Positions 1 through 9,176 of a stretch of 64,000 bases of DNA are shown here, piece by piece. The translations under genes and the position numbers were made by a program. Source of the stretch: Eubacteriales bacterium (GTDB lineage: Bacteria; Bacillota; Clostridia; Oscillospirales; CAG-272); NCBI GenBank assembly GCA_045594705.1, contig JAZNZB010000033.1, positions 317-64,316 on the forward strand, given 5' to 3'. How positions within the stretch are numbered: the first letter of the stretch is position 1; each line of letters begins with the position of its first letter. Under the pieces are notes generated by a model. That model searched no databases. It had not been told where the DNA came from and worked only from the letters and a program-made list of their open reading frames with translations.

Positions 1-1294
1 AGTTTCCGTCTGCGTCAAGCTTGATCGCGGTCTCAAAGAACGCGCGGGATGCGTTGACCACGTGCGCGTTATCCGCGCACGCTGCGGTTTCGTAGGACGA
101 GTGCATCGCCAGCTGCGCCATGCCGATATCCACCGTGTTCATAGGCAGCAGCGTATCCGCAATGCTGCCGAGCGTCGAGCCGCCGGGACTATCCGAGCGA
201 TTGGCAAAGGGCTGCGTGGGAACGCCTGCCTTTTTGCAGATCTCGGAAAAGATGGCGCAGGAGATGCCGTCGGTTGCATAGCTTTGCGATGCGTTGGCCT
301 TGATGACCACGCCGCCGCCCATACGGGGCGCATTCTGCGCGTCCGAAAGCTCGGGGTGATTGGGATGCTTTGCATGCGCGTTATCGGCAGAGAGCATCAT
401 GGATGCGGGCAGTACGCGGCGCAAATCCGTGCCACAGCCCTCGCACACGCGCTCCAAGGTGTCGCGAATCCAGAGCGCACCCGCGCCCTGCTTGGTGCGG
501 CTGCCGGTCTCCTCGTTATCAAAGCAAGCCCAAACCTGCAGTGTGCTTTGTGCCGCTGCCGCCTGCAAAAAGCCTTGCAGCGTGCCGTACGCACACATCA
601 GATTATCAATGCGAGGAGCCGAGAAAAACGCGTCGTCAGCCCCCCAGATCGTGCCGGGCGTGCGGTTATACAGGTACAGATCCGAGCCAACGACGTCCTC
701 AGCCTTGACGCCTGCCGCCTCTGCCACGGTTGCCGACAGGCTTCCCTTGGCATTGGCCATGCCGTACAGCGGCATCATATCGGTCTGTGCGTTGAAGACG
801 AATCCGTCGTTATGCTTTCTGTTCTGATGAATGGCCACGTTGGGGATCAGCACAAGGTCGCGATCCACCTTGACGCTCACCGTCTTGATGCCGTCCTCGC
901 CCTTGACCACCAGTCTGCCCGCCAAGGACAGGGGCTTATCCAGCCAGGTGGACAGGATCATGCCGCCGTAACGCTCGGTATTCAGCTTGACGTAATCGCC
1001 GCATGCGTCCGCCTCACAGACTGCCTTGAGCTTGAAGGTGGGCGAATCACTATGGCTTGCCGCCAGCATGACAGACTCGATCTTACCTGCAGGCATACGG
1101 AGCGCGATGATCGAGGTGCCGTTCTGCACCGTGTAGTAGCCCTTGCCTGCTTCAAGCTCCCATGCGTCCTGCGCACCGAGACGAACAAATCCCTGCTCGT
1201 CAAGCATCTTGGCGGCCGAGTCAACCGCCTGGTATGCGGTGGGGCTGTTTTCAATATAATTCAAAAGCTGTTTCGTATACATATCAATCTCCAT
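1..1294 (-). CDS. M18-family aminopeptidase (C-terminal end lies beyond the left edge)
   Basis: Absent from the ORF track because it has no in-window stop. Manual minus-strand translation from the ATG at 1294-1292 gives MEIDMYTKQLLNYIENSPTAYQAV...LAASHSDSPTFKLK...WACFDNEETGSRTKQGA...SPGGSTLG...LAMHSSYE, typical of M18 aminopeptidases. The plus-strand ORF 62-1378 is its Arg/His-rich antisense shadow. Confidence 0.8.
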   Translation of the reverse strand, partial: MEIDMYTKQLLNYIENSPTAYQAVDSAAKMLDEQGFVRLGAQDAWELEAGKGYYTVQNGTSIIALRMPAGKIESVMLAASHSDSPTFKLKAVCEADACGDYVKLNTERYGGMILSTWLDKPLSLAGRLVVKGEDGIKTVSVKVDRDLVLIPNVAIHQNRKHNDGFVFNAQTDMMPLYGMANAKGSLSATVAEAAGVKAEDVVGSDLYLYNRTPGTIWGADDAFFSAPRIDNLMCAYGTLQGFLQAAAAQSTLQVWACFDNEETGSRTKQGAGALWIRDTLERVCEGCGTDLRRVLPASMMLSADNAHAKHPNHPELSDAQNAPRMGGGVVIKANASQSYATDGISCAIFSEICKKAGVPTQPFANRSDSPGGSTLGSIADTLLPMNTVDIGMAQLAMHSSYETAACADNAHVVNASRAFFETAIKLDADGN

Positions 1295-1438
1295 GCCGCC
1301 TTTGGCGGCGCAAATAGTGATGGAAACTTCACCGCGGAGCTTTGCTCCAAAAATGGGTTGGGACCCATTTTTAGGTGAAGTTTAGGCGTGAATGGTTGCG
1401 TATAAAGGAAGATTACGTGAACTTTCACGCTAATCCTC

Positions 1439-2431
1439 CTATGATACCTGATCCGCGCCCACCGCTTGTGTAAACAGCGCGCGGAAGCCTGCATCGTCGG
1501 TACTGTTGCCCAGCGCCCACATGGTCTTGGCAAACGCCGCCTCGGTGGTCATGTCGTATGCCTCCAGCAAATTAAAGCGTTGCTTGATGGTAAAGCCCAC
1601 GCGGTAAACCTCCATATCGCTGCCCTCGTGCGCTACCTGGGTCTTGATGATCACCTTAACGCCTTTTTCGGTCAGCATAGCGATCTTATCCGAAAACGCC
1701 TCGCTGTCATAAACCGGAATGCCGCCCACGCCAAAGCTTTCAATGATCACAGCACGGTAATTCTCGGCCAGATAATCGAAAATGCCGGGCTGAATACCGG
1801 GCGTCAGCTTGAGCACAAATACACGGGGATCCAGCGTATCGTAAAATACGGGCTCATCCGCCTTTTGCGCACAGATATAGTGCAGCACGCGACCGCCGCG
1901 AATGACTGCCACCTCGGGATAATCCATGCTGGAAAACGCGGCATAGCTCTTGGTGCGGGTCTTGGTTGCGCGCGTGCCCTCGATCACCTTGCCGTCAAAC
2001 ACAATATGCACGCCCTGTGCACCGTCGTCCGCAGCATAAATAAAGGCGTTGAGCAAATTTTCTCTTGCATCGGTATCGCGCTGCGAGATCGAACGCTGCG
2101 CGCCTGTCAGCACGACAGGCTTGGGGCTCTTTTGGATCAGATAAGAAAGCACCGCTGCACCGTACGCCATGGTATCGGTGCCGTGTGTGATCACAAAGCC
2201 GTCAAAATCCTCGTATTTTGCGCGAATGGTGCGCGCGATCTCCAGCCACTGCACGTGGCACATATTCGTGCTGTCCAGATTGAACAGCTGCAGCGTATCA
2301 ATTTCGCAAACGTGCCCAAGCTCGGGTACGGTTTCCAAAAGCTCCCGGGAACAAAGCCCGGGAGCAAGACCCGATTCGGTTGGCATGGAGGCAATGGTGC
2401 CTCCCGTTGCGATCAACAAAATCCTTTTCAT
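1439..2431 (-). CDS. ansA: L-asparaginase, type I (cytoplasmic)
   Basis: 330-aa ORF with the LLIATGGTIAS and ITHGTDTM motifs of type I asparaginases. Its ATG overlaps the upstream stop (ATGA at 2428-2431). Confidence 0.85.
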   Translation of the reverse strand: MKRILLIATGGTIASMPTESGLAPGLCSRELLETVPELGHVCEIDTLQLFNLDSTNMCHVQWLEIARTIRAKYEDFDGFVITHGTDTMAYGAAVLSYLIQKSPKPVVLTGAQRSISQRDTDARENLLNAFIYAADDGAQGVHIVFDGKVIEGTRATKTRTKSYAAFSSMDYPEVAVIRGGRVLHYICAQKADEPVFYDTLDPRVFVLKLTPGIQPGIFDYLAENYRAVIIESFGVGGIPVYDSEAFSDKIAMLTEKGVKVIIKTQVAHEGSDMEVYRVGFTIKQRFNLLEAYDMTTEAAFAKTMWALGNSTDDAGFRALFTQAVGADQVS

Positions 2432-3912
2432 AACTTCACTTTCACCTTTTTGACACCCGCCACCGGCTCACAGGTGACGTTGATGCCAAGTCGCTTATAT
2501 GTTCTCTCGTCCACAGGAGAGAGGATCACCGAAAAATGCGCATCACAGTCCCGCAGCTTGTCCAGCTGCGCCAGTGCCAGGGCTGCGTTTGCATGCGTGC
2601 CCGAGCTGATGGAAAGCGCAATCAGCACCTCATCCGAATGCAGACGGGGATTGCTTTGACGCAAATACTCGGTTTTGAGTCTGCAGATCGGTTCCAGCGC
2701 GTCCGCACTGATAATCTCCTCTTCCTTGGAAATGCCCGCCAACCGCTTGAGTGCGTTAAGCAATAGCGCAGCGGAGGGGCCAAGCAGCGAGGAGGTCTTA
2801 CCCGTCACGACAGAGCCGTCCGGCAACACCATCGCGCCTGCGGGGTTTGCCGTTTGCTCGGCACGTGCAAGAGCGGCCGCCACTGCGGGATTGCAATCGG
2901 TGCTCACGCCCGCCTGCTGCATTAAGATCTTCATCTTGGCAGTCAGCGTGCCGTCACTTCCCTTTTGCTTTTCCGAAACAGCGGTCTGATAATATCTGCG
3001 CAGCACTTCCTTGCGTGCCGCCTCGCAAACCACACCGTCGTTCTCAATGCAAAAGCCGACCATATTGACGCCCATATCGGTGGGCGACTGATAGGGAGAG
3101 GTGCCCTGAATGCTGGTCATCATGGCGCGCAACACCGGGAAAATCTCCACGTCACGGTTGTAATTGACCGTGGTCTGACCGTAAGCCTCCAGATGGAAGG
3201 GGTCGATCATATTCACATCATCCAGATCCACGGTTGCAGCCTCGTAAGCAAGGTTGACGGGATGGCGCAAGGGCAGATTCCAGATGGGGAAGGTTTCAAA
3301 TTTCGCGTATCCTGCGCGCACACCGTTCAGGTGCTCGTGATACAGCTGAGAGAGGCAGGTAGCCATCTTGCCGCTGCCCGGGCCGGGTGCGGTGACCACC
3401 ACGAGCGGCTTTGTGGTTTTGACAAACTCGTTTTTGCCAAAGCCCGTGGGACTGACGATGCGCTCCACATCCGAAGGATATCCCTCGATCTTATAATGCA
3501 GATAACTGTTGACACCGCGCTCAGCCAGCTTGCGACGGAAATCGTCGGCCGCCTGCTGTCCTGCATAGCAGGTGATGACAACGCTGTCCACGGTAAAGGA
3601 AAGGCTACGGAACACCTCGATCAGTCGCAGCGCATCCTGGTCGTAGGTAATGCCCAGATCGGCACGCATCTTGTTCTTGGCAATATCGGCTGCGTTGACT
3701 ACCAGAATGATCTCCGCTTCCTCGCGCAAGCTCAGCAGCATGCGCAGCTTGCTGTCGGGTGCAAAGCCGGGTAACACACGGGATGCATGATAATCGTCGA
3801 ACAGCTTTCCGCCGAATTCCATGTATAATTTGCCACCGAACTGATCGATCCGCTTTCTGATCTGCTCGGATTGCAGCTTTACGTATTTGTCATTATCAAA
3901 ACCGATTCTCAT
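2428..3912 (-). CDS. DUF1846 / UPF0371 family protein (function unknown)
   Basis: ORF 2428-3960. The sequence MRIGFDNDKYVKLQSEQI...APGPGSGKMAT... has the length and character of UPF0371 (about 495 aa). The ATG at 3912, preceded by GAGGGA, is preferred over the far-upstream GTG at 3960. Confidence 0.75.
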   Translation of the reverse strand: MRIGFDNDKYVKLQSEQIRKRIDQFGGKLYMEFGGKLFDDYHASRVLPGFAPDSKLRMLLSLREEAEIILVVNAADIAKNKMRADLGITYDQDALRLIEVFRSLSFTVDSVVITCYAGQQAADDFRRKLAERGVNSYLHYKIEGYPSDVERIVSPTGFGKNEFVKTTKPLVVVTAPGPGSGKMATCLSQLYHEHLNGVRAGYAKFETFPIWNLPLRHPVNLAYEAATVDLDDVNMIDPFHLEAYGQTTVNYNRDVEIFPVLRAMMTSIQGTSPYQSPTDMGVNMVGFCIENDGVVCEAARKEVLRRYYQTAVSEKQKGSDGTLTAKMKILMQQAGVSTDCNPAVAAALARAEQTANPAGAMVLPDGSVVTGKTSSLLGPSAALLLNALKRLAGISKEEEIISADALEPICRLKTEYLRQSNPRLHSDEVLIALSISSGTHANAALALAQLDKLRDCDAHFSVILSPVDERTYKRLGINVTCEPVAGVKKVKVKL

Positions 3913-3995
3913 GTTGCCATCCCTCGTTTCCGTTTCCAAATTCACCTTATATTGTATCACAAATCATCACGCTTGTAAATAGCGCGACACAATTT

Positions 3996-5438
3996 TTATC
4001 CGATCAGAAGATTCGCCGCACGGCAAAGCTGCTCGTATGCATGCGAGAATTCCGCATAGGTGCGCAGCTTTTGCGCGTTCCAGGTGTTCTCACTGAGTGC
4101 CGCCATGCGCTCTGCCACCAGTCTGCGCTCCTCGGCAATGCCCTCGGCCACCGTGGGAAAGCTTGTGGGAATGGTGTCGCCCCATGCCAGCAGCTGTCCG
4201 CCCAGCACGTTGTCGTTGGCGGGAATCTCAATCGTCACGCCGCGGTAAGGAGAATCGGGATGCACGGGAGTCCAACGGTAAATGCTCCAGTCATACACCT
4301 CTTTTTGCGACCAATATGCTGCGGGAGTAACCACGTACATGGGTCTCCAGGAGCTGTTGATGATCTTGAAGCCACCCGCAAGCAGCTGCGGTGTGGTCTG
4401 ATAGTAGTTTTCCCAGCTGTGCAGGATGATATCCTTGGAAACGAACTCGTTGACCGAAGGAGCAAAGCCCTCCCAAGCCATCACCTTTTTGCCCTTCGCA
4501 ACCACTGCGTCGGCCATTTTCTGCACGAAATTTGCAAGCATTCTCTCTGCAAGATATCTCTTGTCCTCACAGTCAAAATCAATGCCGCATTCCTCCGCAT
4601 ACGCGCGGCAGCCTTGGTTTGTCGTCCACTTCTCAATGGCTGCCTCGTCACCGCCCACGTGCACGTACTCGGCATTCGGGAACATATCGCAAAGCTCCGA
4701 AAACAGGGCTTGCATAGCCTGCATGGCCTCCCCTGTCTGCGGAATGATGTTATCCGTACCAAAGATCTCGGGGTATGCAAGGCAAAGCTGCGTGCAATGG
4801 CCGGGCACGTCGATCTCGGGAATGAGCGAGATGCCGCGCTCGGCAGCATACTTATTCAAATACGCGATATCCTCGGAAGTATAAGAGCGGCCCTCGGTTG
4901 CCAGCTTCGGATAGATCATGCTGGGCAACGTATAGCTCTGGTCGTCGGTAAAGTGCAGGTGCAGTCTGCTGACCTTATAAAACCAGCAGAGATCCACATA
5001 GGAGAGCAGATAATCAAAGGGATGCCAGTTGCGCGCCAGATCGATCATGACGCAGCGGTGCTCACAATCGGGCAGGTCTCGCACCTCGCAAACAGGCAGA
5101 CTGACGCGGCCGTCCGCCACGTGCAAAAGCTGACCCAGGGTCGCCAGTGCATACTGCATGCCCTGCTCGTCTGCAGCACAAAGCACCACGCGGGCAGTCT
5201 GCACACGCAGGGAGTATTCGCCACTTTGCATATCGGGATCGGCGCGCAGCACCACCGACGCACCGCGTCCCTCGGTAAAGCGCACGCCCACAAGTCTTTG
5301 CGCATAGCCCGCAAACGCCTTTGCAGGGCGAGCAAACATGGGGTCACAGATCTCCATAATCGGCATGATGGCAAGCGATTCCTGTCTGTAGGTGATATAT
5401 TTGGGATAAGGAATCAATGCAAGCGTAGTGTTTTCCAT
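3996..5438 (-). CDS. GH20 beta-N-acetylhexosaminidase-like glycoside hydrolase (no signal peptide)
   Basis: 480-aa ORF with LHLHFTDDQSY and the GH20 catalytic Asp-Glu pair in EYVHVGGDEA. An RBS (GAAAGGA) lies upstream. Confidence 0.75.
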   Translation of the reverse strand: MENTTLALIPYPKYITYRQESLAIMPIMEICDPMFARPAKAFAGYAQRLVGVRFTEGRGASVVLRADPDMQSGEYSLRVQTARVVLCAADEQGMQYALATLGQLLHVADGRVSLPVCEVRDLPDCEHRCVMIDLARNWHPFDYLLSYVDLCWFYKVSRLHLHFTDDQSYTLPSMIYPKLATEGRSYTSEDIAYLNKYAAERGISLIPEIDVPGHCTQLCLAYPEIFGTDNIIPQTGEAMQAMQALFSELCDMFPNAEYVHVGGDEAAIEKWTTNQGCRAYAEECGIDFDCEDKRYLAERMLANFVQKMADAVVAKGKKVMAWEGFAPSVNEFVSKDIILHSWENYYQTTPQLLAGGFKIINSSWRPMYVVTPAAYWSQKEVYDWSIYRWTPVHPDSPYRGVTIEIPANDNVLGGQLLAWGDTIPTSFPTVAEGIAEERRLVAERMAALSENTWNAQKLRTYAEFSHAYEQLCRAANLLIG

Positions 5439-5531
5439 GATGTATCCTTTCTCTCCGCACGGGAGTGCTCATATATATCCATTGTAGCACAGTTCGTAGT
5501 ATTTTGCAATAAAATCACGAAATTTTTGCGC

Positions 5532-5566
5532 AAAAAACGTAGGGGCGATCAGTGATCGCCCGCTAC
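5532..5566 (-). terminator. intrinsic terminator downstream of pepF
   Basis: The minus strand reads GTAGCGGGCGATC-act-GATCGCCCCTAC followed by GTTTTTT. Confidence 0.6.
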
Positions 5567-5601
5567 AAATTATGATAAGTTTCATATACGCTTATACAAG
5601 A

Positions 5602-7281
5602 TCACAGCGCCTTCGCAATCTCTGCAGCCTTGTCGGCAAGGATCTCAAGCGCACCGTCCTTGAAGGGAGACGCAAGACCTGCATCCTCGATCAGCTGCTC
5701 AAACGCCTTGGTGCCGCCGCACTTTGCAAAGCCGATGTAACGCTCCAGAGCGGAATCGTAGTCCTCACAGGAAGCTACTAAGAAGCCGATCGCAACCGTC
5801 TGCGCAAGGCAGTAGTCAATATAGTAGAAGGGGCTTTCGTAGATGTGCATCTGATACTGCCATCTGGTTCCCTCTTCGATATAAGGAATGCCCTCAAGGC
5901 CCATGTAAGGACGGTACTTTGCTTCAAGTGCAAGGTAGGTCTGCTTACGCTGCTCGGGCGTCATGTCGGGGGTCTCGTACATCAGGTGCTGGAATTCGTC
6001 CACGATCACGCCGTAAGGAATAAAGCTCAGAGCCTCAAGAAGGTGACGCTTCTTATAGCGCGGTGCCATATCGCCAAAGAACTTGTCCATATACTTCCAG
6101 CAAAGGAATTCCATGCTCATGGAGTGGCACTCGGCAGTCTCCATACCGCCCACGTCCAGCTCGAAGTTGTTCTGATCGCAAGCGAATTTGGCAGCCAGTG
6201 CATGGCCAAACTCGTGTGTCATGACGTCCACGTCACCGCAAGAGCCGTTGAAGTTTGCCAGAATAAAGGGCTGCTTGTATCTGGGGAAGCAGGTGCAGTA
6301 GCCACCGCCCCACTTGCCGTCGCGTGCGTCCACGTCAAAGGCCTCAGCCTCTTGCATGGCGCGCATAAAGTCACCGATCACGGGATTCATGGCGTCATAC
6401 ATTTCCTGCGCTGCGGCAAAAATGCCATCCTTATCCAGCATGGGCTTGGGCTGCTCGCCTGCCATGTAAATGGGATCGTCGTAGAACATGATCTGATCAA
6501 GGCCCAGCTCCTCTGCCAGCCCTGCCTTGATGGCAGCTACGCGAGGCACCAGGGAGTCCTTGACGTTGTCACGGAACTTGCGCACCATTTCGGCATCGTA
6601 GTCCATTCTGCCCATACGGTAATAGCCAAGCTCCACAAAGTTCTCATATCCCAGCTTGGTGGCCATGGTGTGGCGCACCTTGACCAGCTTATCGTAAAAC
6701 TCGTCCAGCTGTGCAGCGTTTGCCTGCAGGCCGCGGCCGATCGCCTCGGCGCACTCGCGGCGCGTTTCACGGTCGCCGTCCTCCAAGTTTCCGCGCAGCG
6801 CGGAGAGCGGCATGGTCTCGCCACGGAACTCAAACTGCATTTCCGACATGAACTTGGAATACTCGGTGACGATGCTGTTTTCCAGCTGCATATCCTCCAC
6901 GATGCAGGGATCAAAGCACTTCATGCCGATCTCCAGCTGCTTGAAGATACGGGGATTGAGCATCTGCTCCAGCTCAGCGCGGTAGGGAGAGGTCAAAAGC
7001 AGCTTACCGTACTCTGCCTGCATGCCCGAAATGTGCGGGCCGATCTCGTCGTAATATGATACCTCTGTACTGTAAAATTCATCTCTGGTATCCAGCGTAA
7101 AGCGGCAGTTGGCCAGGGAAGCCTCGGTCGCATAGTCGATCATGCTCTCCATGAGCGCGTCCTTTGCAGCGATCACGTCTGCAGCACACGTAGCGGCAGC
7201 ATTGGCCTTGCAGAACGCCTCAAAGGCGGCCTGCGCCTCTTCCAGCGTATATCTCTTGTAAGGAATTTGTGAAACCTTCAT
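5602..7281 (-). CDS. pepF: M3B oligoendopeptidase (PepF-like)
   Basis: 559-aa ORF with the HEFGH zinc-binding motif (VMTHEFGHALA). An RBS (AAGGGGGA) lies upstream. Confidence 0.85.
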   Translation of the reverse strand: MKVSQIPYKRYTLEEAQAAFEAFCKANAAATCAADVIAAKDALMESMIDYATEASLANCRFTLDTRDEFYSTEVSYYDEIGPHISGMQAEYGKLLLTSPYRAELEQMLNPRIFKQLEIGMKCFDPCIVEDMQLENSIVTEYSKFMSEMQFEFRGETMPLSALRGNLEDGDRETRRECAEAIGRGLQANAAQLDEFYDKLVKVRHTMATKLGYENFVELGYYRMGRMDYDAEMVRKFRDNVKDSLVPRVAAIKAGLAEELGLDQIMFYDDPIYMAGEQPKPMLDKDGIFAAAQEMYDAMNPVIGDFMRAMQEAEAFDVDARDGKWGGGYCTCFPRYKQPFILANFNGSCGDVDVMTHEFGHALAAKFACDQNNFELDVGGMETAECHSMSMEFLCWKYMDKFFGDMAPRYKKRHLLEALSFIPYGVIVDEFQHLMYETPDMTPEQRKQTYLALEAKYRPYMGLEGIPYIEEGTRWQYQMHIYESPFYYIDYCLAQTVAIGFLVASCEDYDSALERYIGFAKCGGTKAFEQLIEDAGLASPFKDGALEILADKAAEIAKAL

Positions 7282-7313
7282 ATCAGTTCCCCCTTTTTGT
7301 TGGTATTACGTTC

Positions 7314-7342
7314 ATTATATCACACGGATTTCATTTTGTCTA
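7314..7342 (-). promoter_or_regulatory. sigma-A-type promoter for pepF (TAGACA-N17-TATAAT with a TGn extension)
   Basis: The minus strand reads TAGACAaaatgaaatccgtgtgaTATAAT, about 35 nt upstream of the pepF ATG. Confidence 0.5.
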
Positions 7343-7353
7343 CCGCTACGTGC

Positions 7354-7384
7354 AAAAAAAGGGCGTTGCGAATGCAACGCCCCT
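7354..7384 (-). terminator. intrinsic terminator of the surface-protein gene
   Basis: The minus strand reads GGGGCGTTGC-attc-GCAACGCCC followed by TTTTTTT. Confidence 0.75.
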
Positions 7385-7398
7385 TAAAGGATATTGGA

Positions 7399-8988
7399 TT
7401 AGTCCTTCTTCTTGAGCACGATTGCGGTGCCAAGTACTGCTACGATAGCAAGCACGCCTGCGCCAACAACGCCGCCACAGCTGCCGGACTTTTCAGCCTC
7501 AGTGGTAGCTTCCTCGGTGCCTGCGGGAGCCTGGGTTGCAGCCTCAGAGCCTGCGGGAGCATCGGTGCTCTCCTCGGGATCCTGGGTAGTCTCGGGCTCG
7601 GTGGGCAGATACTGCTCGAACAGATCGTAAGGATCGTAGTTGTAGCACTTGACCCAAGCGATGTCCAGAGTAGAGCCTGCAACGCCCTCTTCATCATAGA
7701 AGGGAGCAAAGCCCATGGTCTGGATGTAGTCCTGCCATCTTGCTTCACCGTTCAGGTCAAGCAGCAGATAGTTCCAGTTGCCATCGGTTACCATGTAATC
7801 ATAGTAGCACTCGTCGACGTGGAAGTCGGGATCCTGTCTGGTCTTCCAGAGCAGACCGCACTCCTCAGCCTTTTCGGATGCGGTACGGTACTTGATAACC
7901 AGGTATCTGACGTCGGAGAGCAGGTTTCTGGGGTATGCGGTGCTGTAAACGTAGCAGCCGTCAGCCTCAGCAGTGATACGCATGAAGGTGTCCTCACCCT
8001 CGGTGATCTGCTCAACCTTAGCGCCTTCGCCAACCATGGTGTTCATCACGTTTTCCGCGGAGAAGTCGATTGCCTCGCGCAGCTCGTATTCCATATCTTC
8101 CTCAGAAATGGAGGGCAGTACGCCTGCTTCGATCTGAACGTCATCGGGCTTGCCTTCGAAGGTGATGCGAGCAAAGTAATCGTTGACCTTCATGGAGTAC
8201 TGACCGCCGATACCCTGGCAGAACAGAACCTGTGCGTTGGTGGTGGAATCGTTTGCACCTGCAACTTCAAGAACAAACGCGAAGTTGATCTGGTCGCCGT
8301 TCTCGGGGTACTTTTCCCAACCGAAAGCCTTCTGCAGGTCAATTCTCAGCTCATAAGTAACTCTCTTGGTCGCCTCGTCGTATGCACCGACGAAATCGTC
8401 CTCGCCGGATTCATACTGGCCGGGGCCGGGAGTCCAGGAGAAGGTGATGTCTCTGTTATTGATGTTGTCATAGCCAAAGCCCAGCTCGGTATAGGAGGGG
8501 TCCTTGCCTACTGCGTCTACGTCAGCAAAGCCGATCTGCAGGCAGTTGTATGCAAACAGCATAACGTCCTGATCGGGCGTGCAGTAGTAGTCGTCAATGC
8601 AGTCGATGTTGAACGCCATGTACATGTACTTGCCGTCCCAGCACCAATAAGCATCAAAGAAGCCGCCTGCAACCTTTTCATACAGAGCGTCAGCAGCCTC
8701 AGCACCATAGCTGGTGGTGGTTGCCAGAGTGATGTAGTCCTCAAAATTTTCGAAACGAGCGTACTCGTCCTTGTTGATCACACCGTCAAGAACGGGAGTG
8801 ATTGCCTGGTAAGGCACGTTCCACTTCATGGAAGCCTCGCCTGCTTCGCCTGCAAGAATTTCTTCATTCTTTTCAGCAGAATACTCATAGTAGCCTGCAA
8901 CCTCAGTGCGATCTGCAGCTGCTGCGGGAATGACGCAGATAGCGGCGATCATGAGAGCAGCTACGATCAGAGCCAGTGTTCTTTTCAT
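7399..8988 (-). CDS. secreted cell-surface protein with a CBM9/DOMON-like sugar-binding module, a Thr/Glu/Pro linker and a C-terminal TM anchor
   Basis: ORF 7399-9105. The start is moved to the ATG at 8988 (GAAGAGGTG RBS), giving the signal peptide MKRTLALIVAALMIAAICVIPAAAADR. The DGVINKDEY...YWCWDGKYMYMAF... region resembles CBM9-like modules. The C-terminus is ...EKSGSCGGVVGAGVLAIVAVLGTAIVLKKKD. Confidence 0.65.
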   Translation of the reverse strand: MKRTLALIVAALMIAAICVIPAAAADRTEVAGYYEYSAEKNEEILAGEAGEASMKWNVPYQAITPVLDGVINKDEYARFENFEDYITLATTTSYGAEAADALYEKVAGGFFDAYWCWDGKYMYMAFNIDCIDDYYCTPDQDVMLFAYNCLQIGFADVDAVGKDPSYTELGFGYDNINNRDITFSWTPGPGQYESGEDDFVGAYDEATKRVTYELRIDLQKAFGWEKYPENGDQINFAFVLEVAGANDSTTNAQVLFCQGIGGQYSMKVNDYFARITFEGKPDDVQIEAGVLPSISEEDMEYELREAIDFSAENVMNTMVGEGAKVEQITEGEDTFMRITAEADGCYVYSTAYPRNLLSDVRYLVIKYRTASEKAEECGLLWKTRQDPDFHVDECYYDYMVTDGNWNYLLLDLNGEARWQDYIQTMGFAPFYDEEGVAGSTLDIAWVKCYNYDPYDLFEQYLPTEPETTQDPEESTDAPAGSEAATQAPAGTEEATTEAEKSGSCGGVVGAGVLAIVAVLGTAIVLKKKD

Positions 8989-9048
8989 GTTACACCTCTT
9001 CAAAAAATTATTCATAAGCGACGAAACACTCGCCATCCTATTAACCAT

Positions 9049-9077
9049 ATTATACCGAATATCGCACTCCGTGTCAA
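9049..9077 (-). promoter_or_regulatory. exact consensus promoter TTGACA-N17-TATAAT for the surface-protein gene
   Basis: The minus strand reads TTGACAcggagtgcgatattcggTATAAT, about 60 nt upstream of the ATG at 8988. Confidence 0.6.
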
Positions 9078-9116
9078 GAGTATTTGGAATTTTTTCACAC
9101 AACAAACAAATTTGGA

Positions 9117-9145
9117 TTGAAATATTGATCTGCTTGTGCTATAAT
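9117..9145 (+). promoter_or_regulatory. candidate promoter TTGAAA-N17-TATAAT (TGn-extended) for the esterase gene
   Basis: The plus strand reads TTGAAAtattgatctgcttgtgcTATAAT, about 30 nt upstream of the ATG at 9177. Confidence 0.45.
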
Positions 9146-9176
9146 ACAATCAAATCATGGAAAGGACGTGTCCGTT

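Noticed and set aside
62-1378. 438-aa plus-strand ORF at the left edge
   Set aside because: Its Arg/His/Gln-rich composition is not protein-like. The opposite strand encodes a clear M18 aminopeptidase that the ORF track omits because it lacks an in-window stop.
3913-3960. N-terminal extensions implied by the ORF track's farthest-upstream starts. Other cases are 8989-9105, 13394-13441, 15581-15664, 16329-16448, 20463-20483, 28900-28920, 35776-35793, 55485-55502, 61684-61734 and 62339-62413.
   Set aside because: In each case a downstream ATG or GTG has a proper Shine-Dalgarno. That start also matches the conserved N-terminus of the family, or it removes an overlap with a riboswitch or terminator.
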